From a plasmid: 64,000 bases of DNA. The stretch lies in sequence record NZ_CP072340.1; one strand, written 5' to 3'. The position numbers and the translations under genes were made by a program. Shown piece by piece: positions 49,769-59,985 of the stretch (its first letter is position 1; each line of letters opens with the position of its first letter). The notes under the pieces are model-generated. The model made no database searches. It was not told where the DNA came from and was given only the letters and a program-made list of their open reading frames with translations.

Positions 49769-51172
49769 TTACATCTTACGTCCACGGGACTTCTTCTGCT
49801 TGTTCTCGTCCTGCTTCTGTTTTTGGGCGGCAGTGGGCTGTGTCTGTCCCGTTTTGAGTGGTTCTTTCACATTCTTGGTAGCTTCATTCGTCTTGCCGTG
49901 GTTGTTCACGGCTACCTGCGTTTTGTGTTCTTCGGCTACGGCAACCACCTTTTCTTTGCCGGTTTCCTGCTTCTTGTCAGGATTCCACTTGTAAAAACGT
50001 GGGCGGTTCTGTTCCTTGTCCATGCGAACATAGGCGTTGAATGATTGTCCCTGTTTGTCCACCATATTCTTTAGATATAGTGTACGACCGCTATCCAAGG
50101 CTTCACGCTGTTTATCTGACAGCTCCAAGCCGCAGAGCTTATGAGGTACGCCTTGCTGCTGTGTCTGCTGCTGCCGTTCCTTAAATCCACGGTTATTGTC
50201 AAAGATAAACTCAATGCCCTTTCGCTCGGCATTGACCTGCAGGGTTGCATTAAATGTTTTGCCACTCTTGGCGGTCATACCTTCAACTTTAACGGCTTTG
50301 CCCTCCACGAGATCTTTGTACTGGGCATCAGAGAGCGTTACGCCCTTGATCTCCTTAGGGATGTTCACACGGTCGGCACGCAGGGCGATGATTTCATTCG
50401 TTTGCGGGTCAATAGAAACGTATGCAGAGAAAGGTTCGGCGTTCTTGGGTGTTACCTCGATGGTCTTGCCCAGATTACCCGTAGTGAGGAGTTGCTCCTT
50501 TTCTTCGGGAGAGAACTTGTAGCCCATATAGGGAAAGTCAAGCTGTGGCTCTTTTCTCAGAGGATGAATAGCCAAACCGATATTGCCGTTATCGTCCGTA
50601 CGGAACGCAAGGCGTGCTTCAGTGTAGATAGTGGTCTCGCCGATAGGAACAGCAATTGTGATGAGATTACTCTTCTGCCAGTTAAGCATTTTCTCTAATT
50701 CTCCACTCTGTTCCAATCTCTCACGGGACAGTCCAAGACTGTCGAGCATCTTCCAGTCCACTTTCTCGTGGTCGATGGCAGTGGTATTCTTCTTTTGCGG
50801 CAGATAATCATCAAAGGACACTCCAATCTCTGCCAGCTGCTGCTTGCTTTCGAGCTTCTCGCGGTTTTGCAGCATGGTACGCAGGTTGTCCACGCCCTGT
50901 TCCACATTGTCTGCCAATACCTTGTATAATCCGAAGTGAGTCGGGTTATTAAACTGTTTGAGGAAGTTGGCCATGAAATTCTTCAGAAGTCCGTCCTTGT
51001 TGTTGAACTTCAAGAACGCTGCCTGATTGGCAGCGACAGCCTCGGTGGTCTTGAGATTTCCCTTGTCGTCAACACCGGATACGACGGACAATTTACCCAC
51101 TTCCTGCTCATTCTTCACTTCCGTGCGGTCTTCCAAGACCAGCACATAGTTGTCATTGTTGTTTGATTCCAT
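49769..51172 (-). CDS. conserved CTn protein (DUF3945/DUF4099-like) encoded next to topoisomerase III
   Basis: Repeated ..GKTF/QSFNA..V.. modules; Lys/Gln-rich basic C-terminus; position conserved in Bacteroides CTns (recollection, not searched). Confidence 0.4.
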   Translation of the reverse strand: MESNNNDNYVLVLEDRTEVKNEQEVGKLSVVSGVDDKGNLKTTEAVAANQAAFLKFNNKDGLLKNFMANFLKQFNNPTHFGLYKVLADNVEQGVDNLRTMLQNREKLESKQQLAEIGVSFDDYLPQKKNTTAIDHEKVDWKMLDSLGLSRERLEQSGELEKMLNWQKSNLITIAVPIGETTIYTEARLAFRTDDNGNIGLAIHPLRKEPQLDFPYMGYKFSPEEKEQLLTTGNLGKTIEVTPKNAEPFSAYVSIDPQTNEIIALRADRVNIPKEIKGVTLSDAQYKDLVEGKAVKVEGMTAKSGKTFNATLQVNAERKGIEFIFDNNRGFKERQQQTQQQGVPHKLCGLELSDKQREALDSGRTLYLKNMVDKQGQSFNAYVRMDKEQNRPRFYKWNPDKKQETGKEKVVAVAEEHKTQVAVNNHGKTNEATKNVKEPLKTGQTQPTAAQKQKQDENKQKKSRGRKM

Positions 51173-51365
51173 TGCTTGATAATTTTAATGATGAATACTG
51201 TTATCAAGCGGCTAAATTATAAGTATATGAAGAGATTGAAAAACTTTTGGGAAAAGCGGGAAATACAGGGAAAAAACAAGAAGCCATCATCCGAATCTGT
51301 ATGGAAAGCGGATAATGGCATGTTATAAATAAATATGAACGTTTCCGGTAGAGGAATTTATTTAT

Positions 51366-52385
51366 TTATTTCCTCCTTTTCGAATATTCTTTTTCTATCA
51401 ATAAATTGATGAGAAATTTCTGCAAGTCTTGGTCAGTGGGTACATTGAGTTTCTTGCGGATGTGGTTACGCGTCACGTCGACGTTGTTTTCGGTTTTGTC
51501 AAGTAGCAGGCCGATTTCGCTCCGCTTCTTTCCCGCGAGAATGAGGCGGCACACATCCGTTTCTGATTTAGTCAGACAGGGAAAGTGGTGCCCCAGATCG
51601 CAGTCATCCATCAAGTGTTTTTTCAGATGCAGGCGCACGGCGTTGATAAGGTTGCGTTGCGATTTCGGTTTGAGCATGGAAAACAGGCGGTCCGTGTCCT
51701 CGGGCGAAGGGTGGCTGTTGCCGCTCATGCGCAGATAGGCCTCTATCTCCTGCCTATTCAGCCTGACGGCGTGCATCAGTGCCGTCTCACGGTGATGCAA
51801 ATCGGTATTTTCCTTCGTTACACTCATCACATTATATCGCAGCAGCTCGCCCAGCGTGCAGAGGAAAAACTGCACGAAGAGGAAGAAAGCGAACAGGCGC
51901 CAAAGTGAAGGCTCTTGAAGATAGGCTGCCACACAACCGTAGCTAACCACACTGATAGCAGAGACGATAAAGGGAGTAAACCGGACAAAGCTCAACACAA
52001 GGAAGAAGACGGCCAGCAGCGACGTTACCTGATTGATGAGGATGAGCTGCAGAAAATGGTCGGGGCGCACGGTGGCGAAATAAAAGAAGCGCACGGCGAT
52101 GGTGCACTGCGCCACGAGCGCCACGAGCGAGAAAGCCTTGGAAAGCGTCAGCCGCCGCGTGAGATAGAGCGATAGCGAAAGGAGGCACGCCGCCAGATGG
52201 ATGCCGCTCATCGTCTGGGGCAACGCTTCCTGCGAACCTCCAAGCCCCATGAACTGCAAGGAGATGACGGAAACAACGAGAAGGGAGTGGAGCAAATACA
52301 CGATGACGCGGTGCCGTTCAATGGTGTTTGTAGTGCGCGACCGTAGGAATGCCGATACCTTTTCTGTGAGAAAATGAATGATCAT
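51366..52385 (-). CDS. membrane-anchored LuxR/GerE-family HTH regulator
   Basis: ~5 N-terminal TM helices; C-terminal TKSETDVCRLILAGKKRSEIGLLLDKTENNVDVTRNHIRKKL. Confidence 0.55.
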   Translation of the reverse strand: MIIHFLTEKVSAFLRSRTTNTIERHRVIVYLLHSLLVVSVISLQFMGLGGSQEALPQTMSGIHLAACLLSLSLYLTRRLTLSKAFSLVALVAQCTIAVRFFYFATVRPDHFLQLILINQVTSLLAVFFLVLSFVRFTPFIVSAISVVSYGCVAAYLQEPSLWRLFAFFLFVQFFLCTLGELLRYNVMSVTKENTDLHHRETALMHAVRLNRQEIEAYLRMSGNSHPSPEDTDRLFSMLKPKSQRNLINAVRLHLKKHLMDDCDLGHHFPCLTKSETDVCRLILAGKKRSEIGLLLDKTENNVDVTRNHIRKKLNVPTDQDLQKFLINLLIEKEYSKRRK

Positions 52386-53062
52386 TGTTGCTGTTTTTAC
52401 TTTTTATAACGACTGCAAAGATACGTTTTTATTTTCTCTTTACCAAGCTTTTTATTAAGTGTTTTTAAGGTGGTATTAAGGTTTTTAGGGGGCGGAAATA
52501 CCTTTAAAATGCTCTTTTCTGTCATAATCCTTAAAATAACAATTCTCTTTATGCTATTTTTGCATCATCTTTTGCTGCTCTCGCAAAGATTTTTCTTGTG
52601 GAATTGCTCAGAAGAGCACCATTAGGTTTGCGAAATTCAGCAGAAAGGAATGCGAAATGAGAAAATGAGAAAGTAGAAATATATTTAATTCATAATTAGC
52701 AAAAAGAGTTATTCATAAAGAAAATGAGATTATGGCAAATGAAAAACAACTGTTGGGTATATATTTTAAGAAATGAAAGCTGAGAATTCATCATTGGCTT
52801 TTCACTCGATATGGATGAAAAGTTCACCGAAATCTCCACGCGAAAGGAAAAGCTGTCTTATCTCCGTCCGTTTGAAAAACCGTTCGACGGCTTGGCACAC
52901 AAACATCTTTTGGATTCTCTTTCCAAAGATACGATCAACCTTCTCGTACGACGTAATCGGGAACAGACAGAAATATACAAGGAAGTCTTCCGGAAAACGT
53001 AGTAACTACGCCACGCCCCCGATAACCAAAAGAATATTTATTTTTTTAATTTCAAATTCAAT

Positions 53063-55714
53063 ATGAAACAACAAAACATCATTCAGAGGCTCAGCCTCTT
53101 CTTGCTTGCCCTCGTGCTGACGATGCCGACGTGGGCGCAGGGCGGCTCCGGAAACGAGAGCGAGACCATTACGATTGCATCGAAAGAAGACTGGAAAGCG
53201 TTCTGCCAGCGAGTGAACAGCGGACAGACCACCCTCAACGCCAAGCTGACAAAGGACGTGGACCTCGGCGAGGAGATCGTGATGGCAGGAACAGCCGCCC
53301 CCTCTTACTATAACTTTTTCTATTACACCGGCACGTTCGACGGACAGGGACATACGCTGAAGTTCAACTGGAATGCGGGCAAAGATGACCGAATCGCCCC
53401 CTTCTGGTGTGTGAAGGACGCCACGATCAAGAACCTGCGCACCCAAGGGAAGATCACGAAGAAGGGTTACGGCTTGTCCGGAATGGTTTATATAGCCTCT
53501 GGCACCACCACCATCTCGGGCTGCATCAGCGACGTGGACATCACGGGGGGGAACGGTGGTTGGAATGATTCCCAAGCCGCGGGCATGGTTCAAGCTGTAG
53601 CCGACGGTGCCTCGGTTACCATCACCGACTGCCTCGTCAAAGGCAGCATCACCGACAATGCGGATGAAGACTATAGAAGGATGGCTGGCTTTGTCTTTTA
53701 TAATGGTGGCACCTACACGCTGACTCGCTGCCTCTACGTCGGCAAGAACAACGCCCCCAACGACAGCTACACCTTCGGCACGGAAAAGGGCATCAGCGCC
53801 ACCTTCACCGACTGCTACTACCTCAACCCCTGCGGCAAAGCGCAGGGCAAGCAGGTAACCGCCGAGCGACTGAAGAGCGGCGAAATGGCCAAGCTGTTGC
53901 AGGGCGACCGCACCGAAAACGTCTGGGGACAGACGCTCGGCACGGACCTTGAGCCGCAGCTTACCGCCGACGCCACGAAACGGGTGTACGAGGTAAAGTT
54001 CGTCTACAACGGCGAGGTGAAGGCAACGCGCTATGCTAACCGGGGCGGCAACGTAGGCACCCTGCCCACCCCGCAAGAAATATTGGGCACGGCATACAAC
54101 GCCGCCAACAGCTACCGCCTCGTCTTCGCCGAGGGCTTCTATGCCGAATATCCTATTTATGCCGACCGCACCGTGGCAGTAGATGTCATCGTAAACAACA
54201 TGTGCGAAATCGCCACGAAAGAAGACTGGAAGAAGTTCGGCGACCTCGTATTGTCCGGGGAGAGAAAACTCAACGCCAAGCTCACCGCCGACCTTAACCT
54301 CGGCACGGAGATCCTGAAAATAGGCAGCGAGAGCACCGACTATTCCGGCACCTTCGACGGACAGGGGCACACCATCACGGTCGATTGGAACGGTTACGGC
54401 GATGGTTACTTCGCGCTGTTCCCCTTTGTAACAGACGCCACCATCAAGAACCTGCGCGTATCGGGGCAGATGACGACCGACGCTCCTATGGGCGTATTCT
54501 CTTACTTGGCGGGTGGCACCACCATTTACGAGCACTGCGTCAGCGACGTGAGAATCACCAGCGGCAACACGAACAGCTCCTACTGCGCCGCAGGAATGGT
54601 GCGCGCAGCATACAGCGAAGGCAAAATCACCTTCAAAGACTGCATCGTGGCCGGCGACCTCAACGGCACCACCGACAACAGCAGCCAGAACATGGGCGGC
54701 TTCGTATGTTCTCAAGCTGACGACGCCACCTGCACCTTCGACAACTGCCTCTACACCAGCACGAACAATTCCAAGGGCGGCTACACCTTCGCCCCGAACC
54801 CCACGCTCAACAACTGCTACTACCTCAACCCCTTCGCCAACGTGCAGGGCACGCCGGTAACAGCCGAGCAGCTCGCGAGCGGCGAGGTGACAAAGAAGTT
54901 GCAGAACAACCGCACCGACAAGTGCTACTGGGCACAGCAGTTGGGTGAAATGCCCGACTTCTACAACGCAGCCGACAAGAGCAAGGCGAACTACGTGTAT
55001 TACGACGCGGCAAAGAAAGGCTGGGCGTGCGACGACTTCCGCCTCACCGACGAACAGCCGTTGCCCATCGGGCTCGACTTCACCGCCGCCACCGTTACCT
55101 ACGAGCGCAACTTCAATGGCACGCAGAAAGCCACGCTGTGTCTGCCTTACGACTTGTCTGCTCAGGGCTTCAAGGCCTACACCCTCTCGGGCGGCAACAA
55201 AAACGAAGTCCATTTCAAGGAAACGAAAGATAAGCTCACGGCATACACACCGTATTACATCACTGCCGACGGCACGCCACTGCTCGGTGGCACGAACATC
55301 GAGGTGAAAGCCTACACCGGAGCTAATCTGACGACCAGCGCCAATGGCTACTCTATCAAGGGCACGGTGGTAAGCATGGACAACGCTACGGCTGCCGCAG
55401 CCAACGCCTACATCCTGCAGGACGATGGTATGTTCCACAAGGTAACGACCGACAACCCCGGTGCCACCGTTCCTGCTTATCATGCCTACATCATCTGTCC
55501 ACCGCAAGCGTCAGGTGCCAAGCAGCTCTCTGTTGTCCTCGACGGCGAGACCACCGGCATCGGCGACGTGACGAACGAGGCGACCGACGGAAAGAACGGT
55601 CCGGTATATGACCTGCAAGGCCGCCGCGTGGCCGACCGCTTAGACGGCGCCACACGCCACTCGTTGCCCGCAGGCGTCTACATCGTAGGCGGCCGCAAGG
55701 TTGTTGTGAAATAA
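53063..55714 (+). CDS. secreted repetitive protein (two ~350-aa tandem repeats with TFDGQGHTI..DATIKNLR motifs) with T9SS C-terminal domain; GC-rich gene
   Basis: Signal peptide; repeat 1 ~res 40-390, repeat 2 ~res 385-700; C-term LPAGVYIVGGRKVVVK. Confidence 0.6.
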   Translation: MKQQNIIQRLSLFLLALVLTMPTWAQGGSGNESETITIASKEDWKAFCQRVNSGQTTLNAKLTKDVDLGEEIVMAGTAAPSYYNFFYYTGTFDGQGHTLKFNWNAGKDDRIAPFWCVKDATIKNLRTQGKITKKGYGLSGMVYIASGTTTISGCISDVDITGGNGGWNDSQAAGMVQAVADGASVTITDCLVKGSITDNADEDYRRMAGFVFYNGGTYTLTRCLYVGKNNAPNDSYTFGTEKGISATFTDCYYLNPCGKAQGKQVTAERLKSGEMAKLLQGDRTENVWGQTLGTDLEPQLTADATKRVYEVKFVYNGEVKATRYANRGGNVGTLPTPQEILGTAYNAANSYRLVFAEGFYAEYPIYADRTVAVDVIVNNMCEIATKEDWKKFGDLVLSGERKLNAKLTADLNLGTEILKIGSESTDYSGTFDGQGHTITVDWNGYGDGYFALFPFVTDATIKNLRVSGQMTTDAPMGVFSYLAGGTTIYEHCVSDVRITSGNTNSSYCAAGMVRAAYSEGKITFKDCIVAGDLNGTTDNSSQNMGGFVCSQADDATCTFDNCLYTSTNNSKGGYTFAPNPTLNNCYYLNPFANVQGTPVTAEQLASGEVTKKLQNNRTDKCYWAQQLGEMPDFYNAADKSKANYVYYDAAKKGWACDDFRLTDEQPLPIGLDFTAATVTYERNFNGTQKATLCLPYDLSAQGFKAYTLSGGNKNEVHFKETKDKLTAYTPYYITADGTPLLGGTNIEVKAYTGANLTTSANGYSIKGTVVSMDNATAAAANAYILQDDGMFHKVTTDNPGATVPAYHAYIICPPQASGAKQLSVVLDGETTGIGDVTNEATDGKNGPVYDLQGRRVADRLDGATRHSLPAGVYIVGGRKVVVK

Positions 55715-55799
55715 TGTCTCTCTTCTTATCGGGGGAGCGTCCACCAAGAAGAGACGCGCTCCCCGATAGCACATAACTAATAAATTATAAACAAAAAAT

Positions 55800-56012
55800 A
55801 TGAAAAAGTATATTAAACCGACCATGAAGGCCAAGCCTCTTGAAATGGAAAACTGCATCCTCGCCGGCTCCACCAGCGTGGGCATCGGCGAGGGTCCCGC
55901 AACGGGACCAGCACTGTCGAAAGGTAATAACTTCTTTGGCGACGACGAAGAGGAGGAAGATGAGGGCTATGCTGCTCCGATTTGTCGCTCAAAATCGCAG
56001 TGGGATGATTAA
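55800..56012 (+). CDS. hypothetical small acidic protein (70 aa)
   Basis: ORF followed by hairpin terminator; DDEEEEDEGY acidic tract; no recognisable family. Confidence 0.25.
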   Translation: MKKYIKPTMKAKPLEMENCILAGSTSVGIGEGPATGPALSKGNNFFGDDEEEEDEGYAAPICRSKSQWDD

Positions 56013-56028
56013 ATCCATTTTTATCGAG

Positions 56029-56062
56029 GGCGTGGTGCATAACAGGTGCCACGCCCTTTTGA
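56029..56062 (+). terminator. hairpin GGGCGTGGTGCA..TGCCACGCCC + TTTTG
   Basis: Read directly downstream of 55800..56012. Confidence 0.55.
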
Positions 56063-56201
56063 TAATTAAAGAAAATGACGTACACATACAGTCCGAAAGA
56101 TGTTCTCTCGAACATATATCTTTCTATTCCCAATGCATGGTAACTATTCTCTGACACCTTTGCAAGGAACAGATGCTCGGAGACATCGGTTGGTAAATGG
56201 T

Positions 56202-58205
56202 CTACTCTTTATTCAAGTGGGCAAGAGCCGGATCGGTCTTGATGCGTTCCTTCTCCGATTCCACAAGTGAGATAATCTCTTGTTTGACACGTTTATAGTT
56301 GGCTTCGATAGTCTCTTTGAGATTGTCGGAGCCATCTTCGTTTGTAAAGTCTGCGATTATAGGGATTGGTTGGTAAGTTATCGTTTCTGCTGAAACTTTG
56401 GCAGAATCCACGACTATCTCTGCATGGAAAATTTTCTGGTCGATGCGTTCTTCGAAGTTGTCGGAGACGGCACCGACAAACATTCCTTGCGTAAGGTTGC
56501 TGATTTTCGATGCAGGGATAAGACTGTCCATCTGTGTGGAGATTGAAGTGGATTTATCGTTGCGGTTGATGGTCATGGACTGGCGTTGCTGAAGCACCTT
56601 ACCGAAACGTTCGGAGAGTGTTTTGGCAGTTTCTCCAACCACCTGCCCGGAAAAGACATTGCCAACTGTGTTTTGTATCACCTTACTTTCCTTGTCACCA
56701 TAATCACGGGTAAGCTGTGAGAAGTCCTGAAAGCCCAAGCAGACCGCGACCTTATTGCTTCGTGCAGTAGCAATGAGGTTGTCCAAGCCTCGGAAATAGA
56801 TAGTCGGCAACTCGTCGATAATCACGGAGGATTTGAGTTGTTTCTTCTTGTTGATGAGTTTTACGATACGGCTGTTATAAAGTCCGAGTGCAGCCGAGTA
56901 GATATTCTGGCGATCAGGATTGTTACCAACTACAAGCACTTTCGGCTCATTAGGGTTATTGATGTCAAGTGAGAAATCATCGCCTGTCATTACCCAATAG
57001 AGAGCAGGCGAAATCATCCTTGAGAGCGGTATCTTCGCTGATGCAATCTGTCCCTGCAACTGGTCTTGTGCTCCACCTTCCCAAGCGTCCATGAAAGGAG
57101 AAAGATAATTGGCAAGTTCATCGTAAGAAGTGAGTATCGGGAAAATCTGTGCATAGGGGCGGTTCAGGAACTCGATGGCATGGGGAAAGGTGCAATACTT
57201 CCCGTTCTCGTATATCTTCAGAAACCAGATGATGGCAGCCAGCAGAATGATTGGTGACTCCACAAAGAAATCACCCTGTTTCTGAATCCACGAGCGGTTA
57301 AGGTTGAGCATAATGGTGTAGGCACTTTCATAGGCATCGGATATGTCCGTCATAAAGACAGGGTTGATAGGATTACAACGGTGGCTTCTTCGAGGGTCGT
57401 CAAAGTTAATCACAAAGAATTGCGGCTTTACCTTATAGGAATCCAAATGATGGAGCAGGTGATTATAGGCTATCTCTGAAAGGTCAGGGAACTTATAGTC
57501 GTAGATGTACATGGCAAAGCCTTTCTCTATCTGCTGCTTGATGTAGTTGTTCACGATAGCGTAGGACTTACCAGAACCCGGTGTACCGAGCACCATTGAG
57601 GCACGAAAGGGGTTGACTACGTTTATCCAGCCATTATTCCACTTCTTCTTATAGTAGAAGCGTGTAGGGAGATTGACGGAGTATTCATTTTCCATCAACC
57701 GCGTTTCCTGCATGAAACTCTCGTTCTCCGTGTTGAATACATCATCCATCAGATTGTTTTTGAGCAGTCGGCTCATCCATACGCCACCCATCAGCAGACA
57801 GATATAGCCCAAAGACAGCGTAAAGATATAGAGCGAAGCTGCACCAATTTTTCCTATGCGCAATGCCAACAGCCACCAGTTGAGAAAGAAAAAGACAAAG
57901 CCTGAGAAAAGCACCGTCCAAATCTTTGGCCATGTGATTTTCTCTTCTTTCACGCCTTTCGTGCCCAAACAGGATAAAGCAAGAAATACTACACAAAAGA
58001 GTTTCGTCCAAAGGATGGAAGAAAACAATCCCGTCGTTCGCTGGAAATTCATCAGTATCTTATTGATGATACCAAGTGTGAAGTGCCACTGCTGAAATGC
58101 CTCGTAGCAGAACCAATAACAGTTGATAAGGAGGAATATCACCGATATACCTCGCATAAAGTCCATGACCTTACCTAACGCCCTTAAATCGTCTTCTTGT
58201 GCCAT
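56202..58205 (-). CDS. mobC: type IV coupling protein (TraG/TraD/VirD4 family; MobC of Bacteroides CTns)
   Basis: N-terminal TM helices; Walker A LGTPGSGKSYAIV; conserved T4CP length and position. Confidence 0.85.
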   Translation of the reverse strand: MAQEDDLRALGKVMDFMRGISVIFLLINCYWFCYEAFQQWHFTLGIINKILMNFQRTTGLFSSILWTKLFCVVFLALSCLGTKGVKEEKITWPKIWTVLFSGFVFFFLNWWLLALRIGKIGAASLYIFTLSLGYICLLMGGVWMSRLLKNNLMDDVFNTENESFMQETRLMENEYSVNLPTRFYYKKKWNNGWINVVNPFRASMVLGTPGSGKSYAIVNNYIKQQIEKGFAMYIYDYKFPDLSEIAYNHLLHHLDSYKVKPQFFVINFDDPRRSHRCNPINPVFMTDISDAYESAYTIMLNLNRSWIQKQGDFFVESPIILLAAIIWFLKIYENGKYCTFPHAIEFLNRPYAQIFPILTSYDELANYLSPFMDAWEGGAQDQLQGQIASAKIPLSRMISPALYWVMTGDDFSLDINNPNEPKVLVVGNNPDRQNIYSAALGLYNSRIVKLINKKKQLKSSVIIDELPTIYFRGLDNLIATARSNKVAVCLGFQDFSQLTRDYGDKESKVIQNTVGNVFSGQVVGETAKTLSERFGKVLQQRQSMTINRNDKSTSISTQMDSLIPASKISNLTQGMFVGAVSDNFEERIDQKIFHAEIVVDSAKVSAETITYQPIPIIADFTNEDGSDNLKETIEANYKRVKQEIISLVESEKERIKTDPALAHLNKE

Positions 58206-58288
58206 AATCGTATTGCTTTTATATTTGTTGTATTATCGTTATTTGAATTGCGTTTGAATACTGTTCAAACAAAATTTGAAATACCTAC

Positions 58289-59569
58289 TTATCTTTTCCT
58301 CCGTTTGAGATTGACTTTGCTTTGTCTGCGGAGTTTACGTTGCCAAGCCGCTTCTTTCCAATCATCATTGCCCGTAGATCTGAAAGAGTCACCCACTATA
58401 TCCTCGATGAGTTCATCGACAAGGTTGTCTCCATCTTCCGTATCTGATTGCAAGGGATGAGCGGTTGGCGATGGTTCCAAACGAACAGACGAACCACCAT
58501 ACAGCATTTCAACCAAGAATGGGTTGTGCGTAGGATTGGAGAAGTAGCCATTGAATACATTGGCGGCATATCCCTTTCCCAATCGTGAACCGTTGAGTGC
58601 AACACCTTGCTCGTCATCAATAAAGGTAATACCGTAAATTCTTCCATTATCATTCTTTCGGATTACCACACGCAAGCCTTGTTCCTCCAATCTGCTCCGC
58701 AGGTCTTTCTCTGTCTGGGGAGAGGTGCGCATAGCTTGTAACACTTTGTTCCTGACGGTTGGTATCAGTGGTTTGACATTTTGTTTCGACTTCTGTATTC
58801 TGTTCTGTACGGCAGTATAGCCCACACCACGACCGATGTCCGAGGCATGGATGGGTGTGCTTACTTTATTGCTCTTGTCATCTGTCGGAACATAGACCAG
58901 TCCGTCATATTTCTTTCCCCGAAACTCCGTCTTCACTTCTTCCACGGCAAGGTTATATTTACTCAGGATGGCATTCAGTTCGCCCAAGGAACAGAAACGA
59001 TAATACTTCAGCACCATGCGGATAACGCTTGCCGTCTGCTCCTTGATGTTTCCTCTATCAATATCCACCTTGGGCGTTTCTGTTTCCACCTTACCGCTAA
59101 CCTTTGAACTTGGAATGAGACCAAATTTTCTTTCCAAAGCATCGGTAATTTGCTTGCTCCGCCGTTTCTCGAAACGGTCGTTGATCTTTCGTCCCTCATC
59201 ATCCACACGAAGTGACACAATGTGGATATGCTCACGGGCGATGTCGTTGTGCTTGAACACGATATAGGGTTGCTTGCCGTAGCCGAGTGCCTCCATATAC
59301 TCCCTGGCTACCTGCACGAGTTGCTCATCGGAGATTTTATCGTCCGGATGCGGATTGAGCGAACAGTGGAACACCGTTTTCTTCGTTCGGCATACCTTCG
59401 GCATCAATGCCTCCATGTCGGCCAGTACATCCTCCATCGTGTAATTGCCATCGCTGTTTTGATACAGCTCAGCGGCAAGGAGAATGCTTGCTTCCCCTTT
59501 CTCCACCTTTTTGAAGTTATAGCCGAGTGCCCCTCCAAGGTTCTCCGTTGCAGAAATCTTGGCAATCAT
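58289..59569 (-). CDS. mobB: relaxase/mobilization nuclease (MobB of Bacteroides CTns)
   Basis: MIAKISATENLGGALGYNFKK relaxase N-terminus; HNDIAREHIHIVS histidine motif. Confidence 0.85.
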   Translation of the reverse strand: MIAKISATENLGGALGYNFKKVEKGEASILLAAELYQNSDGNYTMEDVLADMEALMPKVCRTKKTVFHCSLNPHPDDKISDEQLVQVAREYMEALGYGKQPYIVFKHNDIAREHIHIVSLRVDDEGRKINDRFEKRRSKQITDALERKFGLIPSSKVSGKVETETPKVDIDRGNIKEQTASVIRMVLKYYRFCSLGELNAILSKYNLAVEEVKTEFRGKKYDGLVYVPTDDKSNKVSTPIHASDIGRGVGYTAVQNRIQKSKQNVKPLIPTVRNKVLQAMRTSPQTEKDLRSRLEEQGLRVVIRKNDNGRIYGITFIDDEQGVALNGSRLGKGYAANVFNGYFSNPTHNPFLVEMLYGGSSVRLEPSPTAHPLQSDTEDGDNLVDELIEDIVGDSFRSTGNDDWKEAAWQRKLRRQSKVNLKRRKR

Positions 59570-59985
59570 TTCTTGCGGTAGTCTATGGTCAGACTGATAG
59601 CCTGCTCCTGCAAGGCGATGATTTGAACCGATAATTTCTCCAATTTTTCAAGCAGGATTTGTGCGGTTTTTACGCTGTGATAGCTGTTGATGGCACGCAC
59701 GGCTTGGTTATACAGCACGCCAATCTTATGGATTTGCGCCGTCAGTTCTGAGAGCTTTCGGTAATATTCCACGGCAGATTTATCCACCGTGATCACCTTG
59801 AAACTCTCTCCAAGAATACGACCACGCACGAAATCCGACTTTGTTTTTGCCCCCGAACGCTGAAACAAATCTATCGCCCGTTGCTGGTCTTTGGGGTTGG
59901 GCAACCGCACATGCCAGTTGTCCCAACGAGGCTTTTCTGCCTTTTTTCGTTCTAAACGATATTCTGTACCTTTATTCATATTCAT
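59566..59985 (-). CDS. mobA: MobA relaxosome accessory protein
   Basis: 4-nt overlap with relaxase; homologs in both nested elements. Confidence 0.8.
   Translation of the reverse strand: MNMNKGTEYRLERKKAEKPRWDNWHVRLPNPKDQQRAIDLFQRSGAKTKSDFVRGRILGESFKVITVDKSAVEYYRKLSELTAQIHKIGVLYNQAVRAINSYHSVKTAQILLEKLEKLSVQIIALQEQAISLTIDYRKK

Noticed and set aside
52773-53066. Two small overlapping ORFs (97 and 63 aa) upstream of the GC-rich gene
   Set aside because: Mutually exclusive frames in a probable promoter region; no motifs; left uncalled.
53006-55507. 833-aa minus-strand ORF
   Set aside because: Antisense to the 883-aa GC-rich gene; long stop-free antisense frames are expected at this GC and codon bias. 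The translation is Gly/Ala/Val/Arg low-complexity with no motifs.
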